NCBI RefSeq assembly: GCF_009914755.1
Contig: NC_060928.1
Origin: the human T2T-CHM13v2.0 reference genome, Homo sapiens
Direction: 5' to 3' (one strand)
DNA: 64,000 nucleotides
Made by a program: the position numbers and the translations under genes. The first letter of the stretch is position 1, and every line of letters begins with the position of its first letter. The notes beneath the pieces are model-generated. The model was not told where the DNA came from. It ran no database searches and worked only from the letters and a program-made list of their open reading frames with translations. Shown in pieces: positions 1 to 20,070 of the stretch.

Positions 1-300
<300 letters not shown>

Positions 301-499
301 CTAACCTTCTCTCTTAATAGTATGATCATTAAACTCCTCTTAAGGGGGAATTTTTAAAAAAATTGTACTTCCAATGAGAATTTGAAGCAGTACTTCATAT
401 GTTTCACTGATTAATGCTACCAGTAGCTCTTGAAGTGCTCAATACCGCACAGTCTAACCAAAGAGAGCACAAAGTTGGATCCTCTGTGGGATTTGTTCA

Positions 500-631
500 T
501 ATATTCATTCAACAAATACCCATTGAGATCCTCCTTTCTTGTCCAGCCTTTTTCTCATGTCTTTAGGACACAGCAGTGAACCAAATCATTAAGGTCCCTA
601 CACGCTGCCCTCATGGCCTTAGAGTTCAGTG
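500..631 (-). mobile_element. L2 LINE 3' fragment
   Basis: ATTCATTCAACAAATA...CATTGAG and GGACACAGCAGTGAAC...CTGCCCTCATGG, typical antisense L2 tail. Confidence 0.7.
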
Positions 632-655
632 CAGAGGTTCTGAGAGTGTGGTCCA

Positions 656-973
656 GCCGGGAGCGGTGGCTCACCCCTGTAATCCCAGCACTATGGGAGC
701 CCGAGGCGGGCGGATCACGAGGTCAGGAGATCGAGACCATCCTGGCTAACATGGTGAAACCCCATCTCTACTAAAAATACAAACAAATTAGCCGGGCATG
801 GTGGCGGGCGCCTGTAGTCCCAGCTACTCGGGAGGCTGAGGCGGAGAATGGCGTGAACCCGAGAGGTGGAACTTGCAGTGACAGGAGATTGCGCCGCTGC
901 ACTCCAGCCTGGACAACAGAGCGAGACTCTGTCTCAAAAAAAAAAAAAAAGAAAAGAAAAGAAAAAAAGAAAA
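656..973 (+). mobile_element. Alu SINE (AluY)
   Basis: AluY diagnostics (GAGATCGAGACCATCCTGGCTAAC, GGCGTGAACCC); 14-bp TSD GAGAGTGTGGTCCA at 642-655 and 974-987. Confidence 0.95.
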
Positions 974-1429
974 GAGAGTGTGGTCCACAGATCCTCAGGA
1001 ACCACTAAGACCCTTTGAGGTAAGAAGGTTATAACTATCTCCATACCAAGATGCTGTTTGGCCTTTTGGTTGCATTGACATTTGCCCCTGTTAGCACAAA
1101 AGTAATGGTGGATAAAGTTGCTGGCACCTTAGCACAAAGTAATAGAATGCATTAGTCATCATGGAATTTTTCACCAACAGACCCACTCATAGTTAAAAAA
1201 AAAAAAAAAAAAAAAAGTCCAAGTTTATTTTATTTAAGAGTCTCCTTGATTGAAGTGGTAAAAATTATTAATTTTCTTAAACCTCCATACTTAAATACAT
1301 GTCTTTTTACTATTCTGTGTGATTAAATAGAAAGAACACATAAAGCACGTGTGCTGCATGCTGAAATATGATGTTTGCCTTGAGGAAAAGTACTTTTGCA
1401 ATTATTAGAATTGTGAACTAAGCTGGCTA

Positions 1430-1754
<325 letters not shown>

Positions 1755-2301
1755 CTATCAACTGACAAACTATTGTTATTCAGAGATGATGGGTATCTCG
1801 CAGAAATTTTCTTAAAAAATAAATGAAGTGAGTCTGTCACTGACAAAACAACTGACTGTATTTGTTGCCAATGATAGAATTTGAGCTTTCAAGAGAAAAG
1901 TAGAATTGTGGATTGCTTGTATCCACTATGGTGAGTTTGACACTTTCTCAGTATTTCTGGACTTTTGAGTGAGAATAATTGTGATATTAATGAATAAGAT
2001 GTTTTTTGTATGGAATTGAAATAGATCAACATTTGGATGATCTGCATAATTTAGTAAACCAATATTTTCCAAATGACAAAGCATGATGCTATAAAATCAT
2101 GCATGGGTAAAATATTCATCCAAAGTGCAAGGTGGGCTAATAATTTAAATTTAGCAGAATATGGAATTTCATCATTATGGTTTCAGATTCCACATAAACA
2201 TGATCTTCATCTTCAAGAAACTATAACTTGTCAGATTTTAGTGTAATATCAAGAAAGAATATCCATATTTATCTTAAAAGCTATTAATATACTCCTCCCT
2301 T

Positions 2302-2610
2302 GGCCAGGCACAGTGGATCACTCCTTTAATCTCAGCACTTTGGGAGGCCAGTGTGGGTGGGTTGCTTGAATCCAGGAGTTCAAGACCAGCCTGGGTGACA
2401 TGGTGAAATTCGTCTCTACAAAAAAATACAAACATTAGCCGGGTGTGATCGTGCTTACCTGTAGTTCCAGCTACTAAGGAGGCTGAAGTGGGAGGATCAC
2501 TTGAGCCCAGGAGGAGGAGGTTACAGTGAGCTGAGGTGAGGTGGCACCACTGCACTTTGGCCTGGGCAACAGAGTGAGACCCTGTCTCAAAAAAAAAGAA
2601 GAAAAAGAAA
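2302..2610 (+). mobile_element. Alu SINE (AluJ)
   Basis: GGAGGATCACTTGAGCCCAGGAG and GAGACCCTGTCTC AluJ features. Confidence 0.93.
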
Positions 2611-2617
2611 CTTTAAA

Positions 2618-3575
2618 ATGTATATATATATGTGTACACATATATGTATATATATATGTATACACATATATGTATACATATATGTGTCTATATATGTATA
2701 CACATATGTGTACACATATATGTGTCTATATATGTGTACACATACACATATGTGTACACATATATGTGTGTATATGTATACACATATGTGTACACATATG
2801 TGTGTGTATGTATACACATATGTGTACACATATGTGTGTGTATGTATACACATATGTGTACACATATGTGTGTGTATGTATACACATATGTGTACACATA
2901 TGTGTACACATATGTGTGTATATGTATACACATGTGTACACATATGTGTACACATATGTGTGTATATGTATACACATGTGTACACATATGTGTGTGTATA
3001 TGTATGCACATATGTGTACACATATGTGTGTGTATATGTATGCACATATGTGTACACATATGTGTGTATATGTATACACATATGTGTACACATATGTGTG
3101 TATATGTATACACATATGTGTACACATATGTGTGTATATATATGTATGCACATATGTGTACACATGTGTGTGTATATATGTATGCACATATGTGTACACA
3201 TGTGTGTGTATATATGTATGCACATATGTGTACGCATATGTGTGTATATATGTATGCACATATGTGTACGCATATGTGTGTATATATATGTATGCACATA
3301 TGTGTACGCATATGTGTGTATATATATGTATGCACATATGTGTACGCATATGTGTATATATATGTATGCACATATGTGTACGCATATGTGTGTATATATG
3401 TATGCACATATGTGTACGCATATGTGTGTATATATGTATGCATATGTGTGTATACATATGTGTGTATATATGTATACATATGTGTGTATACATATATGTG
3501 TGTATATATGTATACATATGTGTGTATACATATATGTGTGTATATATGTATACATATATGTGTATGCATATATAC
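2618..3575. repeat. Alternating purine-pyrimidine minisatellite/VNTR (TA/TG/CA units such as TACACATATGTG)
   Basis: About 960 bp of (RY)n built from TGTGTACACA, CACATATGTG, TATGCACATA and TACGCATATG modules. Confidence 0.97.
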
Positions 3576-3641
3576 TGCTAAATGTAAATGGTTTCTTATT
3601 GTTATTTTATATGACTATATTTTAAAATTATAATTTTGTAA

Positions 3642-3957
<316 letters not shown>

Positions 3958-4039
3958 AATTTTAATTTCTAATAAGAATAGTTTAAAATAAATATTTTAA
4001 ATGCCGATTGTTATTTAATATTAATATTTTATTTTATTA

Positions 4040-5440
<1,401 letters not shown>

Positions 5441-6013
5441 CCCCATAACATTTAAGAATGTAAGGGTCCTAAAACCAAAAAGTTTGAAAGTCACTGTCCT
5501 AAGAAGATATAATTCACATTCCATTTTTCAGCTGCAATTATATTAATTTTACTTTTCTGGGAATTGTATCAGCTTGGCTCTTTGGGAAAATGCCACTGAC
5601 ATTAACCAAGGGATTATAAACATAACCTGTCAGATTGTAAGCTCAGATAAATCCATGAAACTGGGGAGAAGCAAGCCTGCCACCAGCAAATATGCTATTA
5701 TTCACTACTGTAACTATCAGGTTCTCCCACTGGACTTAAAACTCTCTAAAAGCAGTAACAAATTCTTTTGCACAGTTCTCTCTCTATAGCCTAGTCTAGT
5801 GCCTGCTTTAAGTCTGTTGCCTGACCCCCTGACTAAATGGAGGGAAAAAAATGGAACAGCTCAGGGCAGCTGAAATCAATGAGATCTTATCTTGCTGAGG
5901 GGCCGCGCACCACTACTGTACTCAGGTGTGCCTTATTTATAAGCTTCTCATTCATAGAAGAGTAGTTTCTAGAACTATAGAAGTATTATCTATTATCTAT
6001 GGAACATAATACG

Positions 6014-6119
6014 CTTTTTTTTTTTTTTTTTTTGAGACAGGGTCTCCCTCTCACCCAGGCAGGAATGCAGTGGTGCAATCATGGCTCACTGCAGCCTCAA
6101 TCTCCCAGGCTCAAGCAAT
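6014..6119 (-). mobile_element. 5'-truncated Alu (AluJ right-arm fragment)
   Basis: poly(T) then GAGACAGGGTCTC...CCCAGGCTCAAGCAAT. Confidence 0.88.
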
Positions 6120-6446
6120 TAATATACTATTTTTATTGCAGTCACTTTATAGTACTTTTTTGTGGTGCAGCAAATTATCCTTTATTATTCTTGTTCAACA
6201 TTTTCTTGACACTTTTGAAAGTTTATTTTTTTCATTTTTTTATTACTGGATTATTGATAGAATTTTGACTGGATTTAATAACACTTTTAAATTAACTTAT
6301 AAAGAATTTTATTTTAATGATAATTTTCCAATCTATGATTTGGGTATGTGTCTCCATTTATTCATGGTAGGCTTTATTTTCTTCAATAAAATAGTATTGC
6401 TTTCTTCATATAGATTCCAATATTTTCTTGTTAAATTTTTTCATAA

Positions 6447-6795
<349 letters not shown>

Positions 6796-6855
6796 TAATT
6801 CACTATTACTAATATAAAGACAAGTTACTGATATTTTAAAATATTTATTTTATAG

Positions 6856-7052
6856 AAACAGTAGACACTGGAAATTCCAAGGAGTAGAGAGGAAGGAGTG
6901 CAATAGTTGGGAAACTACCTATTTGGGTACTATGATCACTATTTGGGTGATGGATTCAACAGAAGCCCGATCCTCAGCATCACACAATATATTCATGTAA
7001 CAAACCTGTACATGTACGCTGTGAATCTAAAATTTTAAAATAAATAAATAAA
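6856..7052 (+). mobile_element. L1PB/L1PA16-like 3' end
   Basis: ACTACCTATTTGGGTACTATG...CATGTAACAAACCTGTACATGTAC...TGAATCTAAAA plus A-rich tail. Confidence 0.85.
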
Positions 7053-7357
<305 letters not shown>

Positions 7358-8094
7358 TATACCCAGTCATTCTGCCAATTATCTCTTGGTTTCATATTTT
7401 TAACTGACTCATTTGGAATTTCTAGGCATACAATCATATTGTATATAAATAAAAATAATTCCTTTTTAAATATGTGAAGTTCTCATTTGCTTTTCTTGTC
7501 TTATTGTGTATTAGAACCTCCCAAATAATGCAGAATAATTGTGGTGATATTTGTTTACCTGTTGTTGAAGTCAAGAGTATTTGCTCTTGAACATTTTGTA
7601 GCCAGTACAAATTTTAATACAAAAAAGGGAAAATAAACTATATCCCTTTAGGATACAATAATTATAGTTAGACTATATAACAGTGAATAATTCCCTAAGA
7701 GCAGAATAAATCTGAATCTCCACAGGCTAGTAATAGGGACTTGTGGAATTTTTAATTCCATAAATTTTTTAAGGAAGTGATGGGAGAGAGGAGTCAGTAA
7801 GAATCTGATATATCCAAGATGTCAGATTAAGAGTTCAAATATTAGAAACAGCTGAGGAGAACAAGAGACTAGAGATCAGCAAGCAGGATTTTCTTGGGCA
7901 AAAGCCAAAAACACCAGCTGGGAGGTAACCATTATGTCAAAACAGTTTTATGCAGAAGCCAAAGAGGGAATATGAAGCTCTGATAGGAAAGAATCTTACA
8001 GACTAATAGAAAGTCTTGATAATCAACTCCTAGAGACAGTTTTTCAAGGTTTCAAAATATGAATTGTCATCTTCCTACAGGTGTAGTAGTAGTC

Positions 8095-8160
8095 TTTTGC
8101 CTAGCACAGTGCCTTGTATACAGTTGGTATACAATAACTATTTGTTGAATGAATAGAAAA
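8095..8160 (+). mobile_element. L2 3' end fragment
   Basis: CCTAGCACAGTGCCTT...ATTTGTTGAATGAAT. Confidence 0.7.
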
Positions 8161-8334
8161 GAAGAAAGAGAAGTGATAGCATCTCGAAAGCAAAAGCGGG
8201 CAAAGTCTAATACCAAAACAGATGACTTTTTTAAGAAGTCTCTTAAGTAAGCATTTTATTGAATTATAACGTGCATACAGCAAAGTATATAAATAATTTA
8301 TGAAACACACAGCTCCATAAATTATTACTTTATA

Positions 8335-8418
8335 TGCTATGGTCTGAATGTCTGTGTTCCCTCAAAATGTTTATGTTAGAACCTAATCTCCAATATTATA
8401 GTATTAAGAGATGGGGTC
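8335..8418 (+). mobile_element. MaLR LTR 5' fragment (MSTD/MLT1A-like)
   Basis: TGCTATGGTCTGAATGTCTGTGTTCCCTCAAAAT...GTATTAAGAGATGGGG. Confidence 0.8.
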
Positions 8419-8757
<339 letters not shown>

Positions 8758-8767
8758 AACTTTTTAA

Positions 8768-9151
<384 letters not shown>

Positions 9152-9368
9152 TAGAAACTCTGTACCCATTAAGCAATACTTCCTCATTCTCCCCATCCCC
9201 GAACTTCTAGTAATATCTATTCTACTTTCTGCCCCTATGAGTTTGCCTTGTCTCAATCCCTCATGAAGGTAGAATCATACAACATTTGCCCTTTTGTCTC
9301 TGGCTTATTTCACTTAGCCTAATGTTTTCAAGGCTCATACATGTTGTAGCATAGATCAGACTCCATTC

Positions 9369-9671
9369 CTTTTTTTTTTTTTTTTTTTTTGAAATGGAGT
9401 CTCACTCTGTCACCCAGGCTGTAGTACAGTAGCGTGGTCTCGGCTTACTGTAACCTCCTTCTCCTAGATTCAAGTGATTCTCCTGCCTCAGCCTCCCAAG
9501 TAGCAGGGATTACAGGTGTGTGCCACCATGCCCGGCTAATTTTTGTATTTTTAGTAGACCATGGGGTTTCGCCATGTTGGCCAGGCTGGTGTCAAACTCC
9601 TGACCTCAGGTGATCCACCCACCTTGGCTTCCCAAAGTGCTGGGACACAGATGTGAGCCACCGCACCTGGC
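9369..9671 (-). mobile_element. Alu SINE (AluSx)
   Basis: Antisense Alu, TSD TCCATTCC. Confidence 0.95.
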
Positions 9672-10394
9672 ATTCCATTCCTTTTTAAATAATATTTCAT
9701 TGTCTGTATATACTACATTTGGTTTACCCATTCATGTGTTGATAGACACTTAGGTTGTTTCTACCTTTGGGTTATTGTAAATAATAACTATGAACATTGG
9801 TGTGCAAGTGTCTGTTTGGGTCCCTGTTTTCAATTCTGATGTATTGCTTTGGTCACTTAATACACTGTGGACATCTTTTCAAGTCAGTATAAATAGAGCT
9901 ACCTCATTCTTTCAGCCAATTGCTTTGTATTCCATCGTGTGATGTGAGTATTATATTCTGTGGAAGTAAACTTTATCCTTCCTGAGTCTGGGACTATATG
10001 ATGTAAACGCATTTCTTAAAGTGGAGTTTGAGGACACCTAGGGTAGACGTAGTGTTGTGGATCTACAAATTTCCTTTACAATGTAAAATTGTGTGCTTTC
10101 ATTTTTGAGATATCTAAAATATGATTGTAAGGATTGTCTGGATCGTCTACATGACCAGCTTCTAACCAAATATTACCAACCAATGTTGGTGTCCCTATGT
10201 GCTGTTGTGTTTATTATTGCAACTGTCCCAAGTCAAAGGGTAACAAACAAAGAGTAGTGGCAAACCTAATAAGTTTGCCAAAATTTCACACCAGATGACA
10301 TCATGTGCACCATGGAATGAAGATTTTTAAGTAGATAAAAGTGGTAGCAAAACTGGACCAGCACAGTAGCAAAAAGCCAAATAAAAAGACTCCA

Positions 10395-10977
<583 letters not shown>

Positions 10978-11119
10978 CTATCGACTGACTTTCAGAAAGA
11001 CTATAATGATGTGAACACCAAAATTTTAATATGTTCTAATAGCTTTGTTTGAATGTCATTTTTAAACTTGTTTTGGGTTCTATCATTGCATATGTAAAAA
11101 CTATAACAAGTTTTAACTA

Positions 11120-11275
11120 GTTTTTTTTTTTTAATTTAAGGGTACAAGGGCAATTTTATTGCATGGATGGATATAGTATGTCGGCATGAAGTTTGAGCTT
11201 TTAGTGTATCCATCATCTGAATGATGTACATTTTGTACCCATTAAGTAATTTCTCATCATCCACTGCCCTCCCAC
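11120..11275 (-). mobile_element. L1PB-like 3' end
   Basis: poly(T), GGGTACAAG, GCTTTTAGTGTATCCATCA, GTACCCATTAAGTAATTTCTCATC. Confidence 0.75.
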
Positions 11276-11353
11276 CAATAACTAGATTTGTGTGACTTTT
11301 TAAAGTCACATGCTAGTTTATGTTTTATGTGACTTTTTAAAGTCACATTCTTT

Positions 11354-11646
11354 GACTGGGTGCAGTGGGTCATGCATGTAGTCCCAGCACTTTGGGAGGC
11401 CGAGGTGGACAGATTACTGGAGCCCAGGAGTTCGAGACCAGTTTGGGCAACATGGCAAAACCATGTCTCTACAAAAATTTGCTGGGTGTGGTGGCACGCA
11501 CCTGTGGTCACAGCTCTCAGAAGGCTGAGGCAGGAGAATCGCCTGAGCCTCAGAGGTCAAGGGTGCAGAGAGCCAGGATTGTGTCATTGCATTCCAACCC
11601 AAGTGACAGAGGGAGACCGCTGACTCAAAGAGAGAGAGAGAAGAAA
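11354..11646 (+). mobile_element. Alu SINE (AluJ)
   Basis: Diverged dimeric Alu, TSD AAAGTCACATTCTTT/AAAGCCACATTCTTT. Confidence 0.92.
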
Positions 11647-12313
11647 AGCCACATTCTTTGAAAACTGACTTAAATCAATAATAAATCTTAACATTTAAGA
11701 GTTGCATACGTTGCTCGAGTCTGGAAAACATTAACTTAGCAGGTAATTCAACACAGAATTTTCAGACCAGGTTCATCATTATGGGAAAATGTCAGCACAA
11801 ACAGCCAAATAAGTCTTTTGCTGGAGAAAATCAGCTTTTGGATTCGAGTTGAATGCATTTATAAATGTTTCTCTACTCCAATGTCAGAGAATAAATGATT
11901 CATAAAAATGGGCATATTAGAAAGCCTGGGCCTAGGAACTAGGCTGGATTTGCTTCCTGACCTGGCTCTACTATATAAAAAACCCAGCTGCTTTTTCACT
12001 AGAGATTTATAATAATACCAAACTTACATGTTTGCTATAAGCATTATATTTGACATATTTAAAGCATCTGGGTTATCTTAGGGGTATTCAATGACAGCCA
12101 CTGATATTACAGGGACATTTGAGCTGTAGGTTTTTGGCATGTTCCATGAGTTTTATGTCATGCTTAATCCTTTTCCACATTTGGAAAAATATCCTAAACC
12201 GGGTAACCCGGTATTACTCATATAATCAAAGTAGTCTGTGCTAAGGCAAAAATACAAACAAAACAAAATTAAAATGCAAAAATATAAACAAAATTAAAAC
12301 TCTTAAACTTTAA

Positions 12314-12621
<308 letters not shown>

Positions 12622-13684
12622 TTAATCTGCTATTTCAACCCTCAATGCTGAAAATATTTCTAAAACCTTTCAGCCCATTTTTAGAGAGTATATTTTGCTG
12701 ATTTTCCTCCCCATACCGGTCATGATAAAATCATTGAAATGTCAATATCTATGTGGATGTAAATATATACACTGTATGTAAAATAGAGCTAAATCTACGT
12801 TGACTTCAGATCATAAACTGGAAACTTGTTTTTGTATTTTATGAAAATCCTGGTATCTTCTTTGTTTTCTTGTGATAAATTATTTTTACACTAAAATTGG
12901 GGTGTAATGAGGGTGGAGATTTCACTCTCTCCGTTTACAAATAGCCTGTGTCAAGCACTTCCAAGTCCTAAAACAACATTGGTGCAAAGTGATGATAGTC
13001 ATGTTTAAAGGTTTTGGAGTTTTGTTTTACTCATACATTTTTTCCTTCACATTATTAATAATAAGAACATTGAGTAACAAGTTTGGGAACATGCCCCATT
13101 GTATCTTCTCTGAGCATCAGTCTGTCCACTTCTTCCCTCTACTGCCACCATCCTGGGTCCACATCATTCTGCACCTAAACAAGGACAATAGCATCCCAGC
13201 TGGTCTCCTGCTTCCACTCTAGCACTTTCCAATGTGTCAATCAAATCATGTCACAGCCCGCTGAAAACTCTCCAATGGCTTCTACTGCATATAAAATAAA
13301 ATTCAATTCTTGCCTGTGGATTATACAGCCCTACTTAGTCGAGCCCAGAGCTCCTTCTCCTACCTCCATGTACACGACTATCCCTCTTGTTCACTGTGCT
13401 GCAGCTTCACAGGCCTGCTTTCTTCAAATACTCTAAATGTATTCCACTCAACTTTAGGGTCTCAGGGCTTGCCATGTCCTCTTCCTAGAAGGTTCTGTTC
13501 CACAATCTTTGCATGGTTGCTTCCTTTCATGGCCCTTGGCTAACTTCTCAGAGAAGCCTGTGTCCAACACCCCACTTTATTTTCTTTAAAGCACTCAATA
13601 CTTTGATTTTATCTTTGCCACATAACTAGTTTTTTTAATGCTATGTAAATGCTATACATGCTACGTGAATGTTATCGATGCTAG

Positions 13685-14044
<360 letters not shown>

Positions 14045-14165
14045 AACATGTTTAAAATGTTAAACATGCTATATAGCATGTTTTAAAATGTTATAAATGC
14101 TATACATGCTATATAAACACTTCTGTTACACGTATAACATATCCTGCCCTAGAATGTAACATCTA

Positions 14166-14544
<379 letters not shown>

Positions 14545-14563
14545 TCAGAAATCACCTAAATTC

Positions 14564-15030
<467 letters not shown>

Positions 15031-15859
15031 TTCATACTTAAGCATTATTTTTCCCTTCCTTTTCATTTCCTCTCCCCTCTCCCTTTCTCACTTAGCAGCT
15101 CTCTCCTGGATTCATGAATAGTTTTAAACCAGTTGGAGATATTTTATGCATAAACATAGAACTCTCAAAGATATATGGTCTCTAGACACTAAACTGTCAT
15201 CACAACCACATGTTATAGTGTTTATTTTCCCTTGCCTAGCCAACCCCATCGAAACACACCCTCCTCTGCCAAGCCACAGCCCCACCCTGCCTTTGGAAAT
15301 AGAAATGGAATAGGAGAATCTCTGGCTTCTGGAAAAAAAAAAAAAAAGATTTTTGACTAGCATGATGTTTCTGGAGAAATCAGGATACAACTGACAGGAT
15401 TGATGAAAACTTTATAAGGTTTCTTCACATAATAAAGCCCATGGAGATAATAGGAGATAGTGATATCAAATTGTACATACTGTCAGAGACAATTTTTAAA
15501 TGACTATTTCTAGTCCATACCTAACTAAAGTGCCTATCCTTGTAAATGTTTAACTTTTAGCCATTTAGTTTATAATATTCCAGAAATCTACATTAAAAAT
15601 AATATAAGAATGATCAGATAGCAATGTTACACTTGAACTTACATCATCCCTTATTTCAGAACCTGTGAAAAATGGTCTTAAGAAATAAAACAGGAAATTT
15701 CTTCCATAGCTAGAAGAATTGAAATCAGTATCAGTTGTAAGGACGTAAGGACAAATTTTAATTTGATTTTAAATGCACACTTACAAATCGAGTTTGCAAA
15801 GTTTAAAACCACATGAAGACTTACAATCACCGTATTTATGAGCTGGAAGAACATTGAGA

Positions 15860-15990
15860 ACTTCATTTAACAATGAAGCGAAACTCAGAAAGATCAAATG
15901 ACCAGGCGAAGGTCACATTAGTGCTGGAGCTTAGAACTAAACCTCTGGTCTCCTGGTTGATGGTTCCATGCTTTTCTCATCACTCTATGC
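15860..15990 (-). mobile_element. MIR SINE
   Basis: CATTTAACAATGAAGCGAAACTCAG...AAGGTCACA core. Confidence 0.6.
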
Positions 15991-16129
15991 GTTTATGAGA
16001 CCCTGTAATTACCTGCAGCTTTCAATCATATGTGCCAACCCAGTCATGTGGTAGACTGGAATACAAAACGATCAGTCCATTAACTGAGACACTGCTTCAG
16101 GAATCATAGTATTCATTGTTACGTTGTTG

Positions 16130-16385
16130 TTGTAGTAATTGCTAGTATTTGTTGAGTATATGTATCAGGTACTATACTATATGTATTACTTGCATCAACC
16201 TATTTAATACCCACACTAGTCTGATGGGGTAGGTAATAATAACAATCATGATTGCTATCACATATTATTTTGTTACAGGCACTTCTCCAAGCCTATTATA
16301 TCTAGCAAGTTATTGAATCCTCAGAACTATCCTATAAAGTACTATTATTCCCATTTTACTGGCGAAGAAACAGTCATAAACAGGT
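16130..16385 (-). mobile_element. MIR fragments
   Basis: ATTTGTTGAG...CAGGTACT...TTTAATACCCACA; AATCCTCAGAAC...ATTATTCCCATTTTAC. Confidence 0.6.
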
Positions 16386-16390
16386 GGAGT

Positions 16391-16682
<292 letters not shown>

Positions 16683-17602
16683 AAGTGGAGTCATGCCCTT
16701 AAACCAAGACATATGCTGCCCCTCTATGCTACATCACCTACTCATTTGTCTCTTCTTTTCCATCACCAAAATGTTAAAAGAAATAAGCAACTAACTTAGT
16801 TATCTTCTCCCTGCATCCCCTGCCTTCTTGATACTAGTTGGCATAGAGATATTTAAAGACAGAGGAACCAAAAAGAAGAGAAAATGGTCCTGGGGCCATC
16901 TGTAACCCAAATAACCTGGGCAACCAAGATTTGATGATGATATCAGCAGTGGTTGAACTTCACCAGGTTATGGCTATGACCCATGAAAGTGTGTGTTTCT
17001 GCACATGGTGGCTCGGTATGAGAACATAATCTGTAAATTACTATGTGAGTTAGATTATTTCTGCAGAAAGAGGCAGACACAGGCTCACATTATGTCAGAT
17101 AGTCGGGAAATGTGTTGTAAGAATACCAGGGGAAGTGAGAAAGCACAGAAAATGGTCTCAGTGGCTGCACAGCCAAGCCTCATAGAGCATCATTCATTTT
17201 GCTTCAGATGGCAATAGAAGCTGTAGTCATTCCACAGTGGTCCATGGTTATGATTTGGCATCTCTGCTTATTTCCTGTCTCTCAACTTGCTCACTACCAA
17301 TTGACTTTTTTCTATTCTCTTCTCCTACCTGTCTCTCCTGCCTCTGTTCTGAATCTCTCTTCTTCACCTCTGTATTTTCCACTATGTATTTTCTGTAGGG
17401 CTCACAATCAAACCTCCATTAATAAAATAGGATCTGTTTGGGTGCGTGAATAGATGTACTGGTGCATCTAGTACATTGTGCAGAGCTCTCATCAGTCCAT
17501 CTCAAAGTTTACAGATGGCTGCCTTTTCCACTCCCCATTCCCCTGGGGGAAGCAGGGAACACCTCTGGGTTCATTAGCTGTGGCCATGATGGTAGGATCA
17601 TA

Positions 17603-19213
<1,611 letters not shown>

Positions 19214-19809
19214 GGAACAAAGCATGGACCTGTATGTTTAGAAGGGAATTGTGAGTTTGATAGGCACTTTGTGTGGCTTGTCTAATACAAATACATATCT
19301 TGTTTCATGTACTAATGGCCCTAATCAGGACAAAAGTTCTTGCTGAGATAAAATAAATTAACCTTAAGTGTAGAAACTGAAAAATAAAGGGTCACTACTA
19401 ACTATTCTTTCATTGTAGATTTTGGCTAGAGTTCCACTTTCAGCTGTGTTATACTCAAAATTAGGCATGATAAACTTTTTAATGCTCTTGATCTTCAATT
19501 CTCTTACTTGCTGAATCTATAGTCAAAAATTTTAGTTGACTGAGAATATAAAAAAAAAGCAACTGTTACCTGTCCATTCTGTTGTAACCCAGGGGCTCTG
19601 ATAAATCTAACCTTTCAAAATGGCCAGACAACGGAAGATTTTGAAGTTGCTTTGTTGATGGCAATGACTTATAAGGGAATGGAAATAATAATACCGTGCA
19701 GTTGCAGATTATTTTGTATGTTTGAAGTACTTGTCATTAAAATGCCACTCTCTTACTCCTTTGTAATTCCCCTGGAGCTGCCATCTCTGCCTAACCAGAA
19801 AATGCAAAT

Positions 19810-20070
19810 CAGCATTTTCTCAAGGCCCCACTCAAGTCTCCTCTCCTCTTCCATGAAGCCTCCTTCCTCTGAACTCACTGAATCTACCCTAATCCCTCCT
19901 TCCTCTGAACTCACCATCATTCATTGCCTATGCTGTTCATGTGATACTGCTTGCTATAATTACTTTTAAGAAACCATAAGTTTTTACTTGTTTATGGTAA
20001 ATAGCTTGAGGGCAAAGAACATGACCAATGTTATACTCCCTAAACGATGTAAGACAATATCTTACATATA
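19810..20070 (+). mobile_element. L2 fragment
   Basis: TCAAGGCCCCACTCAAGT...TCTTCCATGAAGCCT; CTTGAGGGCAAAGAAC. Confidence 0.55.

Noticed and set aside
2541-3633. Six long ORFs (263-346 aa) in all frames
   Set aside because: Artefact of the RY repeat, which cannot form stop codons; the products are low-complexity C/V/Y/I/H/T/M strings
12198-12212. 15-bp palindrome ACCGGGTAACCCGGT
   Set aside because: A 7-bp stem is within chance expectation for 64 kb
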